From Candidatus Krumholzibacteriia bacterium (GTDB lineage Bacteria > Krumholzibacteriota > Krumholzibacteriia > G020349025): DNA of 64,000 nt. The stretch lies in assembly GCA_035649435.1 (NCBI GenBank), contig DASRJO010000105.1, positions 3,301 through 67,300 on the forward strand, read 5' to 3'. Positions 45,310 to 53,644 of this stretch are shown piece by piece (the first letter of the stretch is position 1; every line of letters starts with the position of its first letter). The notes beneath the pieces were generated by a model. That model saw only the letters and a list, made by a program, of their open reading frames with translations, was not told where the DNA came from and ran no database searches. The translations under genes and the position numbers were made by a program.

Positions 45310-45771
45310 TCAGTCCACCGCCTGCACCACGTGATTGAAATGCACGTGTTCCTTTCGCTGAGGAATCGTGTTGTTCCAGCGTGGCTGGGCCAGCTCGGCC
45401 ATCGTCAGGTCATTGAACATGCTCTCCAGGCTCTTCTCGGCCAGTCCGAACACGTGCTTGAGATTGCAGTCGTTGCTCAACCCGCAGTGCCCGGAGCAAT
45501 CGTGCATGAGGAACGGTCCGTCGATGAGTTGGATGACGTCGTAGGCCGTGATTCGATCCGGGCTCAGCCGCAACTTGAACCCGCCGTGGTGGCCCTTCAT
45601 GGACAGCAGGATCTCGTTCTTCACCAAGTGCTGCAGGAGCCGGCTGAGCAGGAACGGCGGTGTCTGCATCTCGTTGGCGATCTCGTTGGCAGGGACGTAA
45701 CGATGACTGTCGAGGCGGGCCAGGTAGACGATGGCCCGTAGTGCGTAATCGGCGCTGCGAGAGATGATCAT
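45310..45771 (-). CDS. Rrf2-family transcriptional regulator with three clustered Cys (probable Fe-S sensor, IscR/NsrR-like)
   Basis: Start MIISRSADYALRAIVYLA has AAGGAGG upstream. The wHTH reads ANEIANEMQTPPFLLSRLLQHLVKNEIL. The Cys cluster is HDCSGHCGLSNDC. Confidence 0.85.
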   Translation of the reverse strand: MIISRSADYALRAIVYLARLDSHRYVPANEIANEMQTPPFLLSRLLQHLVKNEILLSMKGHHGGFKLRLSPDRITAYDVIQLIDGPFLMHDCSGHCGLSNDCNLKHVFGLAEKSLESMFNDLTMAELAQPRWNNTIPQRKEHVHFNHVVQAVD

Positions 45772-45828
45772 GGGGCCCCTCCTTCTCTTCTCCCTCTCGT
45801 GCGTGATGGGGCAATTCGATCGTCTGCC

Positions 45829-45840
45829 CTTTACGTAAAG
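45829..45840. promoter_or_regulatory. Perfect 12-bp palindrome CTTTACGTAAAG, candidate operator in the Rrf2 / hemerythrin divergent region
   Basis: Read directly and self-complementary. It lies about 58 nt upstream of the Rrf2 start and about 209 nt upstream of the hemerythrin start. Confidence 0.4.
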
Positions 45841-46048
45841 CCAGGAACGTGCCGGTCTTACGACTTCAACGTCCGATTCCAACTGTTGATTCGTCATCTA
45901 TTTGGGGGCGTGGCGTCGCGGTCGGCCGAAATCGCGTGTGTTTCCAAAGGAAGCAGTGAAGCCGCGCGATCCAATGCGGCTGCCTCGGGTGCTTGACGTG
46001 CGAACATTTCTGCCACACGTTCCGGGTGAGTCCATCGGAGGAAGGGAA

Positions 46049-46534
46049 ATGAAACTACAGGATCCCATCCACCTTCTCAGAGAGGAGCACGACACCACGC
46101 TCGCCGAGTTGGAGCGCATGGAGCTCGCGGTCGCCGATCTCAATGGCGCACGCCGGGCGCAGGCCCTGCAGACGCTGCAGAAGGGCTTGAAGTTCCTCGA
46201 CACAGCCGTTCGTGCCCACGGCGAACGCGAAGAGCAATTGCTCTATCCCGTGCTCGGACGCCATGTCCCGAAGCAGACCGTGGACGTCATGCTCGAAGAG
46301 CACAAGGAACTGTGGTGGGAGATGGATCTGCTCGAGACCGCATTGCGCCGGCACGATCCGCCGCACCAAGAGGTCCGTTGGCATGCGATCGCGCTGATCG
46401 ACCTCTTGCGACGGCACATCGACAAAGAGAACAACGTCATCTTTCTCATGACGGCGCAGATGTTGTCGGAGCAGGAGTACAGGGATCTGGCGGAAGCGTT
46501 GACGAAGATGCACGAGGCAGCTCGAGAGCAGTAG
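46049..46534 (+). CDS. Hemerythrin (HHE cation-binding) domain protein
   Basis: LREEHD, H.EREEQLLYPVL, LEEHKELW and RHIDKENNVIF are typical His/Glu ligand spacings of hemerythrin-like domains. A GGAGGAAGGG tract lies upstream of the ATG. Confidence 0.8.
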   Translation: MKLQDPIHLLREEHDTTLAELERMELAVADLNGARRAQALQTLQKGLKFLDTAVRAHGEREEQLLYPVLGRHVPKQTVDVMLEEHKELWWEMDLLETALRRHDPPHQEVRWHAIALIDLLRRHIDKENNVIFLMTAQMLSEQEYRDLAEALTKMHEAAREQ

Positions 46535-46551
46535 AGCAAAAACGCTTGCGC

Positions 46552-46590
46552 AAACCGGCGGCGTCTGAGCCCACGCCGCCGCCGGTTTTT
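46552..46590 (+). terminator. Rho-independent terminator after hemerythrin gene
   Basis: A 12-bp stem pairs 46552-46563 with 46577-46588 (AAACCGGCGGCG / CGCCGCCGGTTT) around a 13-nt loop and runs into TTTTT. Confidence 0.7.
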
Positions 46591-46717
46591 GTGGCCGGTG
46601 GCCCTGGCCGGGGTGGCGACCGCCCGGCCCGTGTTTGGTACCATGGGCGGCCCGCGTCGCGGCCACCACCGGCGGGGAATGCGCCTCGTCACGAGGCATG
46701 CGAAGCGTCAGGAGTCG

Positions 46718-48205
46718 ATGCCGCTCTATTTCCACTTGTTGAACGACAAGGAAATCGACCGCCTCCAGGTGGTCCTGCGTGTCATTCGCGACAACCGTGA
46801 GGGAGTCCTGGATCGTTGGTACGAGCTGTATACCTTGCACTTCGCCAACGACCGCACGTTCTCCGAAATCGAGTTCAAGACGGTCTTCGGCCGCGACATC
46901 GACGTCGTGATCGAAACGCTCCTCGAGCACGACATCGTCGCCTTGGCGCAAGGGGTGCGGCGCATCGGGGACCAGCTCTTCGAGCGTGGCGTGCCGTTCG
47001 AGGAGATCATCGCTTCGTTGCACCTATTCGAGGAAAGCTGCGCCATTTTCTTTCGCCGCAACCTCTCGGTGCTCGCCAAGGGCCCAGACATCTTTCTCGT
47101 CTTCGACAAGTTGTCGCACGTGCGCATGATTCTGATCGCCGAGGCCTATTTCGGCAGTCACGACGTCAGGCACCAAGTGCGGACGCGAAGCCTCGAGCGC
47201 GATCTCCAGCAGCTCGATCCCGAGGCGACGCGGCGCCAGAGTTTCCATGGCCTGATCGGCGCGAGCCCGGTGATGCGCCGGGTGTACGAGCGCGTGCAAG
47301 CGGCCGCACCCGGCGGCGCCTCGATCCTGATCACGGGCGAGAGCGGCACGGGCAAGGAGGTGCTGGCGCGCGCCATTCACGAAGTCGGTTCCCCCGCGTC
47401 GGCGCCGTTCATCGCGGTGAATTGCGCCGCGTTGCCGCGCGAGCTGATCGAGAGCGAGCTGTTCGGGCATCGCAAGGGTTCCTTCAGCGGCGCCACCGGC
47501 GAATCCCTCGGACTGGTGCGCGCAGCCGAGGGCGGGACGCTGCTGCTCGACGAGATCACCGAAATGCCGCTCGAGACTCAGGCCAAGTTGCTGCGTGCCC
47601 TGCAGGAGCGCGTCGTGCGCCCAGTGGGAGCCACGGCCGAGATTCCCGTGAGCGTGCGCTTCATCGCCTCGACCAACCGGCCGATCGCCGAGGCCATCGC
47701 CGAAGGCAAGCTGCGCGAGGATCTCTATTACCGGCTCAAGGTGCACACGATCGAGCTGCCGCCTCTGCGGGAGCGCCTGGCCGATCTGTCGCTGCTGGTG
47801 GAGCACTGCATCGCGCTGTTCAACCGGCGCTATCCCCGCCTGGTGAAGGGCATCGAGGGCGAGGCGATTCAGGCGCTGCGAGGTTACAGCTGGCCCGGGA
47901 ACGTGCGCGAGCTGATGAATGCCATCGAGGTGGCGTTCGCGTACGGCCGCACCGACAGCATCCGCCTGCAGGATCTGCCGGCCGAAGTCTGCGGGCGACG
48001 GGAACCGCTTCCCGTACCCAACGGCGATGTGTTCGATGCCCTGTCGCCCATTCCGACGTTCGAAGAGTCAGAGAAGCTCCTGCTCGAACGGGCACTGGAT
48101 GCGACCAGCGGCAACAAACTGCGCGCGGCCAAGATGCTCGGCATCTCACGCAAGCAGCTCTACGCCAAGATCAAGAAGTACGCGATCGAGCTGGCCGCGG
48201 ACTGA
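46718..48205 (+). CDS. Sigma-54-dependent transcriptional activator (bEBP) with non-receiver helical sensor domain, AAA+ core and Fis-type HTH
   Basis: Walker A GESGTGKE and Walker B GGTLLLDEI are present. The sigma-54 contact loop reads ELFGHRKGSFSGA, a variant of GAFTGA. WPGNVRELMN is present, and the C-terminal HTH is NKLRAAKMLGISRKQLYAKIKKY. The N-terminal about 190 aa is all-helical and looks RsbR/non-heme-globin-like by eye (unverified). Confidence 0.9.
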   Translation: MPLYFHLLNDKEIDRLQVVLRVIRDNREGVLDRWYELYTLHFANDRTFSEIEFKTVFGRDIDVVIETLLEHDIVALAQGVRRIGDQLFERGVPFEEIIASLHLFEESCAIFFRRNLSVLAKGPDIFLVFDKLSHVRMILIAEAYFGSHDVRHQVRTRSLERDLQQLDPEATRRQSFHGLIGASPVMRRVYERVQAAAPGGASILITGESGTGKEVLARAIHEVGSPASAPFIAVNCAALPRELIESELFGHRKGSFSGATGESLGLVRAAEGGTLLLDEITEMPLETQAKLLRALQERVVRPVGATAEIPVSVRFIASTNRPIAEAIAEGKLREDLYYRLKVHTIELPPLRERLADLSLLVEHCIALFNRRYPRLVKGIEGEAIQALRGYSWPGNVRELMNAIEVAFAYGRTDSIRLQDLPAEVCGRREPLPVPNGDVFDALSPIPTFEESEKLLLERALDATSGNKLRAAKMLGISRKQLYAKIKKYAIELAAD

Positions 48206-48465
48206 TGCGGCCGCGCTCCTCGCCTCCCGCGCAGATGCGGGCGCTGAAGACTTCTCGTTGAGCCCCGGCATCGGAAGCTCTCCTCGACGTGGATCCTGCG
48301 TCCACCGCCCTTGTGAACGAAGTCGTTTGAGTTTGGCTCCCCTCGTCACATCGCTTTGCTCTCGGCCCCGCGGATGCCCCTTTTGGAGTCAGAAGAGGTT
48401 TGTCGGCATACTCGGTGCGCTGCCGTAACGCGCTGTCACTGATCTGTTTACGTCAACGCGCGCAC

Positions 48466-48481
48466 GGGCATGCTCTTCGCT
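48466..48481 (+). promoter_or_regulatory. Candidate sigma-54 (-24/-12) promoter upstream of the pseudo-receiver/cytochrome operon
   Basis: GGGCAT-GCTCT-TCGCT has the invariant GG (48467-48468) and GC (48479-48480) at the correct 12-nt offset. It is about 95 nt upstream of ATG 48576. A second, weaker site is CGGCAT-ACTCG-GTGCG at 48404-48419. Confidence 0.35.
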
Positions 48482-48575
48482 ATTCCCGAGGCGAGTCACA
48501 CGGGTTCGCGACGACAAGATGGAATCGCCCGCCGCACGCAGGAGAGATCCTCGACGGACGCAGAGAAGAGCCGAC

Positions 48576-49004
48576 ATGCTCACACCATTTCGAGAAGGAA
48601 CCGTCCTCGTGCTGACGGAGAGCGAACAGCTGGCGGGCATCGTCGCGCACGCCATCGAGAGCCTCGGGTCGAGCGGCCCGCGGCTCAGCACCGTGCGAAC
48701 TCTCGCGGATTGTCTCGTGGCCTTGCGGCTGTTGTCTCCCTGCATCGTCATCGTCGATGACACGGGGCTCGCGCCGGTGGCCGCGGAGGCGCTGAGCGAG
48801 ATGCACGCCGCCCGGTCTGGAACGCCGATCGTGTACCTGACGTCACAGCACACGCTGGACCTCGAGCGCGAGATTCGCCAGCGCGGCGTGTTGTTCTACG
48901 TGCAGTTGCCCGACACCGCCCAGCAGTTGGACGTCGTTCTCGGTCAACTGCTGGCCCGACTGGTGCGCGAAACTCCGGCGCGCGGCGCACCACGGGTCCA
49001 TTGA
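48576..49004 (+). CDS. Stand-alone receiver-like (pseudo-REC) protein
   Basis: It has a CheY-like beta/alpha periodicity (TVLVLTESE, CIVIVDDTG, PIVYLTSQ, VLFYVQLP). However the N-terminal acidic pair reads TE and the conserved Lys position reads L, so phosphorylation competence is doubtful. Confidence 0.5.
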   Translation: MLTPFREGTVLVLTESEQLAGIVAHAIESLGSSGPRLSTVRTLADCLVALRLLSPCIVIVDDTGLAPVAAEALSEMHAARSGTPIVYLTSQHTLDLEREIRQRGVLFYVQLPDTAQQLDVVLGQLLARLVRETPARGAPRVH

Positions 49005-49108
49005 GTGCGCGAGCCGGAAGGCTGGACACAGCCAAGGAAACATCGGTACCCTTCCCGCCACACGCGGCGAATGCGTCGGAACGGATCGCGTTGCAAGGGG
49101 GCCTCGAG

Positions 49109-50809
49109 ATGCCGAGAACCACTGCCAGCTTCGCGGCGGCCATCGCCGCACTCCTTCTCGTCAGCGGCTGCGGAGATGACGAAGTCGTGCAGGTCCAACC
49201 AGACCAGGCCATTCAAGTGGTCGTGCAAACTGCGCCCGAGTCCCTCGATACCGGCGGGCGAACGAGCATCCAAGTCATCGTGCAACGCGCTCCCACAGGT
49301 GCCGATCTTCGCTACGGCTGGCTGGCCGACGCCGGCACCTTCGCCGATGCAACGACCGACAGTACGACCTGGACCGCACCCGACAATCCCGGCGTCTATG
49401 GACTCTCGGTGATCGTGACCGATGGCGACAACGTCGCGATCGCGCAGAAGAACGTCGCGGTCGCGACCTACATGCCGGCGGACGATCCCTTCTACAAAGG
49501 AGCGACCAGCTGTTCCGTGTGCCACAACGGCGGGTCCGGCGGCACACAGTGGAGCACCTGGTCGGTGTCGGCGCACGCGAGCGCGATCGAGTCGTTGCAA
49601 GAGATCGGAATGGACAGCAATCCATCCTGCTTGAAATGCCACACCGTCGGCAGCTACGGCCTCAATGCCGACGCGGCGCTCGACAACGGTGGCTACGACG
49701 AAACCGCGGTGCCGCGCCTGGCCGGTGTGCAGTGCGAGAACTGCCACGGACCCGGCAGCCAGCATCCCAGCCCCAACTTCACGTCCGTCGACGTCACCAT
49801 GGATGCATCGCTCTGCGGGCAGTGCCACACCGATGCGCACCATCCCACCTACGACGAGTGGCAGACCTCGGCGCACGCCGCCGGCGCGACGTGGACGTCG
49901 TCGTCACCCCCGGGACTGCGCGCGAGCTGTTCCAAGTGCCACAACGGCATGGTTTCGGCGGCGTATCTCGATGATCCGCAGAATTTCGTCCCGCCGACCG
50001 TGAACCCGACGCAGCTCGTGCGTCACACCTGCGCCGTTTGCCACGATGCGCACGGCAACGACAACCCGGGGAGCTTGCGCGATGCATCCGTGACCGACGT
50101 GTGGCTGCCCAACAACGTGCTGGTCGAGGAAGCAGGCGCCGGACGACTGTGCATCTCGTGCCATAACGGCCGGCGCACGGAGACCGACGTGCTCGGGCAG
50201 ATCAACAACGGGTCGAGCAACTTCGGCCCGCATCACTCGATCCAGGGCGATGCGCTCAAGGGCGTCAACGCTTACCAGACCTTGGCCCCCGGCTTCCCGT
50301 GGTCGAGCAGCAAGCACATTCTGGTCGAAGATGCCTGTGTCGCCTGCCACACGCACCCACATGAAGGGGATCCGGAGGCCGGCATCCCGAACTTCATGGG
50401 CCACGATTTCCTCCCGACGACGGAAGCGTGCGTGCGCTGCCATGGCCCGCTCACGGATTTCGAGGACATCTTCGCCAAGGCCGACTTCGACGGCAACGGC
50501 AGCATCGAGGGCGTTCAAGTCGAGATCCGCGGCCTGCTGGATCTCCTGCAGCAGACCATCATCGACAAGAGCCGCAACGATTCGGTGAGGATGGATTTCA
50601 TCAACAACTTCATCCCGACGCTCGGCGACACCACGAAGAGCACGCGCGTGCAACGCGAGGCCGGTTACAACTGGGCCTACGTCGACTACGACGGCTCGAG
50701 CGGCGTGCACAACACCACCTACTCCGTGCAGCTCCTGCAGCAGAGCATCCTGTACCTCGAACCGTCGGCGCTGCCGCAAGCCGCCTTCGTCCTGCGGGAG
50801 GACATGTGA
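49109..50809 (+). CDS. Nine-heme c-type cytochrome lipoprotein with Ig-like N-terminal domain
   Basis: Lipobox LLVSG-C. The nine CxxCH motifs are CSVCH, CLKCH, CENCH, CGQCH, CSKCH, CAVCH, CISCH, CVACH and CVRCH. Contexts such as CENCHGPGSQH and W..SAHA are typical of multiheme c554-type families. Confidence 0.85.
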   Translation: MPRTTASFAAAIAALLLVSGCGDDEVVQVQPDQAIQVVVQTAPESLDTGGRTSIQVIVQRAPTGADLRYGWLADAGTFADATTDSTTWTAPDNPGVYGLSVIVTDGDNVAIAQKNVAVATYMPADDPFYKGATSCSVCHNGGSGGTQWSTWSVSAHASAIESLQEIGMDSNPSCLKCHTVGSYGLNADAALDNGGYDETAVPRLAGVQCENCHGPGSQHPSPNFTSVDVTMDASLCGQCHTDAHHPTYDEWQTSAHAAGATWTSSSPPGLRASCSKCHNGMVSAAYLDDPQNFVPPTVNPTQLVRHTCAVCHDAHGNDNPGSLRDASVTDVWLPNNVLVEEAGAGRLCISCHNGRRTETDVLGQINNGSSNFGPHHSIQGDALKGVNAYQTLAPGFPWSSSKHILVEDACVACHTHPHEGDPEAGIPNFMGHDFLPTTEACVRCHGPLTDFEDIFAKADFDGNGSIEGVQVEIRGLLDLLQQTIIDKSRNDSVRMDFINNFIPTLGDTTKSTRVQREAGYNWAYVDYDGSSGVHNTTYSVQLLQQSILYLEPSALPQAAFVLREDM

Positions 50810-52185
50810 CGCGTGGGTGGAGAACCCCGCGCGCGCTCGCCGCACACTGGATCACTGGCTGCGCGGCGACGGCACGCTGGGTCACCTGGGTCGCGGTCTG
50901 CATCTCGATCCCATGTTTCCCCCGGATGGCCGGCGGCCAGGAAGCGAGTGCTGTGGGCACGGGGTGGACCTCGCCCACGACTTGGTGGGTGGCGAGCCGC
51001 ACCACCGGCTACTGGTACGAGAGCATCGATCCCAGCACCGGTGTCGTGCTCGCGCGCGCCAACTTTCTGCAGAACGTCGACGCGTCCGTATCACGCCTGT
51101 GGGATGACCACCTCGACCTACGCTTCGCCGGTCGCTATGCCGATGCCGATCTCTACCCGATCCAGCCGACGAACGAGACGCGTTGGACCGTGGGCTATGC
51201 GCAGGTGCGCGCGAGCTCCTGGCAGGTGCGCGCGCGCCTCGGACGTTTGTTCGTCCAGGAAGGTCCGGCGCATCACACGCTCGACGGCGCTTGGGTCAAG
51301 CTCAATCCGGCGCGCCGCGTCGAGGTCCGAGCCTGGGGTGGGTCGCAGGCGCCGGCCGATCTCGAGTTCGACATTCGCAGCATCGAGACGAACTTGGCGT
51401 TCGGGGGCCGAGTTCTCGCCACGGTGACGCCCGCGGTGCGCCTCGGCGTCTCGGGTGCGCAATGGGAGGAAGGCGGTGAGGTTGCCGCACGACCCGTGGG
51501 GGCGGACGCCACTTGGTTCCCGCTCGCGGGACTGCGCGCGTTCGCGCGCGCGGAGTACGAGACCGATGCCGAGCGCTGGCAACGCATCGAGCTGCTCGGC
51601 GACTACAGCCCGGGGCGTGGCTCGCCGTGGCTCTTGCGCGCGCAATACCTGGACCGCACGCCGTGGATCGAGCAGACGAGCTACTTCGCGCGCTTCGCCG
51701 CCCTCGAGCGCGTTCGGCTCATGCGTGCTTCGGCGCGCTATCAGCTCGCGAACGGTCTCGGGGGCGAGATCGAGTCCTTCACCAGCGTGATCGACACGCG
51801 CACCTCTGCGCGTCTGGGTGGCGCGGTGCTCTTCCGCTACGGACGCGTCGGCTACTCGGCACTCTTCGGTGATTCGGGCGAAGAGAGCCAGTGGTTCGGG
51901 GATGTCGACGTGCCGGTGCGTCCGTGGGTACGGCTGGCCGCCGGCGCGGTCATCGCGACCTACGCGCTGTTCGAGGACGCACCAAACGACATGGAGCGCG
52001 ACCTGGTCACACTCTTCGGGCGCGCCACGCTCGACCTGATGCCCGGACTGCGCGGTGTGCTCGAAGTGCAAGGATTGAAGAACCCGGACTTCGACGAGGA
52101 CGCACGAATCCTGTTCGGTCTCGACCTGTTCGCCGGACGTGGGGCGTCGAAGTTCGGCCTGGGACGGGGAGGGTGGTTGCAGTGA
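50806..52185 (+). CDS. Predicted outer-membrane beta-barrel (porin-like component of a porin-cytochrome conduit)
   Basis: GTG 50806 overlaps the upstream stop (ATGTGA). It is 459 aa with no heme motifs. It has repeated amphipathic strands of about 10 residues with aromatic girdles (WTVGYAQVRA, VEVRAWGG, LAFGGRVLATV, LRAFARAEYE, WLLRAQYL, GAVLFRYGRVGYSALFG, ARILFGLDLFA). The topology is not computed. Confidence 0.5.
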   Translation: MTRGWRTPRALAAHWITGCAATARWVTWVAVCISIPCFPRMAGGQEASAVGTGWTSPTTWWVASRTTGYWYESIDPSTGVVLARANFLQNVDASVSRLWDDHLDLRFAGRYADADLYPIQPTNETRWTVGYAQVRASSWQVRARLGRLFVQEGPAHHTLDGAWVKLNPARRVEVRAWGGSQAPADLEFDIRSIETNLAFGGRVLATVTPAVRLGVSGAQWEEGGEVAARPVGADATWFPLAGLRAFARAEYETDAERWQRIELLGDYSPGRGSPWLLRAQYLDRTPWIEQTSYFARFAALERVRLMRASARYQLANGLGGEIESFTSVIDTRTSARLGGAVLFRYGRVGYSALFGDSGEESQWFGDVDVPVRPWVRLAAGAVIATYALFEDAPNDMERDLVTLFGRATLDLMPGLRGVLEVQGLKNPDFDEDARILFGLDLFAGRGASKFGLGRGGWLQ

Positions 52186-53072
52186 AGAGACGAACCCTCC
52201 CTCGTGTCGCCATCACAGGAGGATGCCTGGCCGGTGCCGCGATCTTGCTCGTGGTCACTTTGCAGGCGCGCGATGCGGAGCCGGCGTTGAAGCCCATGCA
52301 TGCTGTACACGCGACCAACGGACTCGAGTGCAGCGTTTGCCACGAGGCGGCGGCAACATCGCTGCGCGGGACAGATTTGCTCTTGCCGCAGAAGGAAACG
52401 TGCGCTCAGTGTCACGACGTGAACGATACGGAGCAGTGCGCGAAGTGTCACGCCCAAGCCGAGGAACCGGCTGGATACGCTCCCCGCACCGTCGTGGCGC
52501 AGAATTTCCCACACCAGCTGCACGTGGAGAGCGGGATGGAGTGCGCCACGTGTCACACTGGCGAGGGACTGACCGAGCCGGTGCTGCCGGACAAGGCCTC
52601 GTGCCGCGCTTGTCACACCACCGCCTCGCAGCAGAGCGATTGCCGTGTGTGTCACGCTGCCGCCGAGGAGCTGAGGCCTGCCAGTCACGGACCGCAATTC
52701 CTGCAGCTGCATGCGCTCCAGGCGGCATGGGATCAGTCGCGTTGTGCCAATTGCCACACCGAGACGGATTGCCAGGAATGTCACAACGGCGACAACATTC
52801 GACCACGGTCGCACCCGTTGAACTTTGCCTTCGACCACGTGCTCGCAGCGCGAGGGAAGGAAATCTCCTGCAGCACCTGTCACGAATCGGAGTTCTGTTC
52901 GGACTGTCATGCGGCGCAACGAGTTCTGCCCACCGATCACTCGCAGGCCAGCTGGCTGCTCGCAGACGGCGGTCGTCATGCGGAGGCGGGGCGGTTCGAC
53001 ATGGAAAGCTGCGCCGCGTGCCACGAATCCGGCAGCACCGCACCCACGTGCGCGCGCTGTCACGGGAGATGA
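52182..53072 (+). CDS. Dodecaheme c-type cytochrome (c3/c7-like), periplasmic or membrane-anchored
   Basis: GTG 52182 overlaps the upstream stop (GTGA). The twelve CxxCH motifs are CSVCH, CAQCH, CAKCH, CATCH, CRACH, CRVCH, CANCH, CQECH, CSTCH, CSDCH, CAACH and CARCH, all within 296 aa. There is a single N-terminal hydrophobic segment CLAGAAILLVVTL. Confidence 0.85.
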   Translation: MKRRTLPRVAITGGCLAGAAILLVVTLQARDAEPALKPMHAVHATNGLECSVCHEAAATSLRGTDLLLPQKETCAQCHDVNDTEQCAKCHAQAEEPAGYAPRTVVAQNFPHQLHVESGMECATCHTGEGLTEPVLPDKASCRACHTTASQQSDCRVCHAAAEELRPASHGPQFLQLHALQAAWDQSRCANCHTETDCQECHNGDNIRPRSHPLNFAFDHVLAARGKEISCSTCHESEFCSDCHAAQRVLPTDHSQASWLLADGGRHAEAGRFDMESCAACHESGSTAPTCARCHGR

Positions 53073-53626
53073 CGATGCGAAGCGTCCGCCGGCCGCACGC
53101 GTTCTGGGCACTGATCTTGGTGCTCGGCTGTTCCGAACCGGCACCGCTGCAGGACGATCTGCGCGCTCATCCTCCCGCCTGGACCGATGCGGGGAGCGGC
53201 GATTTTCACGGTGCGCGAGTGGCGCGCGAGGGGACGAATCTCTGCACCAGCTGCCACGGATCGGCCTTGCGCGGCGATCTCGTCGTGCCCGGCTGCTACG
53301 ATTGCCACGACGGCCCTGGCGGCCACCCGCCGTACTGGAAGGACCCGGCCGAACCATTCCATGGCACCGAGGTCGAGCACCAGGGCCCGACGGATTGCGC
53401 GACATGTCATGGAGCGACGTATCAGGGCGGCTGGAGCGGAGTGAGCTGCTACACGTGTCATGCCGGCGGGCCGAGCGGTCATCCGGACGGCTGGCTCGAC
53501 AAGCGTTTCCACACCTTCCATGGTCTCGAGGTGTCGGTGCACGGTGACGCCGATTGCCGCCGCTGCCACGGCAACGATCTCCTGGGCGGCACGAGCGGCG
53601 TCGCTTGCAGCGACTGCCATCAATAG
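53069..53626 (+). CDS. Hexaheme c-type cytochrome lipoprotein
   Basis: ATGA overlap with the upstream stop. Lipobox LILVLG-C. The six CxxCH motifs are CTSCH, CYDCH, CATCH, CYTCH, CRRCH and CSDCH. Confidence 0.8.
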   Translation: MTMRSVRRPHAFWALILVLGCSEPAPLQDDLRAHPPAWTDAGSGDFHGARVAREGTNLCTSCHGSALRGDLVVPGCYDCHDGPGGHPPYWKDPAEPFHGTEVEHQGPTDCATCHGATYQGGWSGVSCYTCHAGGPSGHPDGWLDKRFHTFHGLEVSVHGDADCRRCHGNDLLGGTSGVACSDCHQ

Positions 53627-53644
53627 CCCGCCAAAGACATCCCG

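Noticed and set aside
49005-49108. A separate sigma-54 promoter directly upstream of the nine-heme cytochrome gene
   Set aside because: No GG-N10-GC arrangement is found. GGAACGGATCGCGTTGCA has the wrong spacing. The cytochromes are more likely co-transcribed with the pseudo-receiver.
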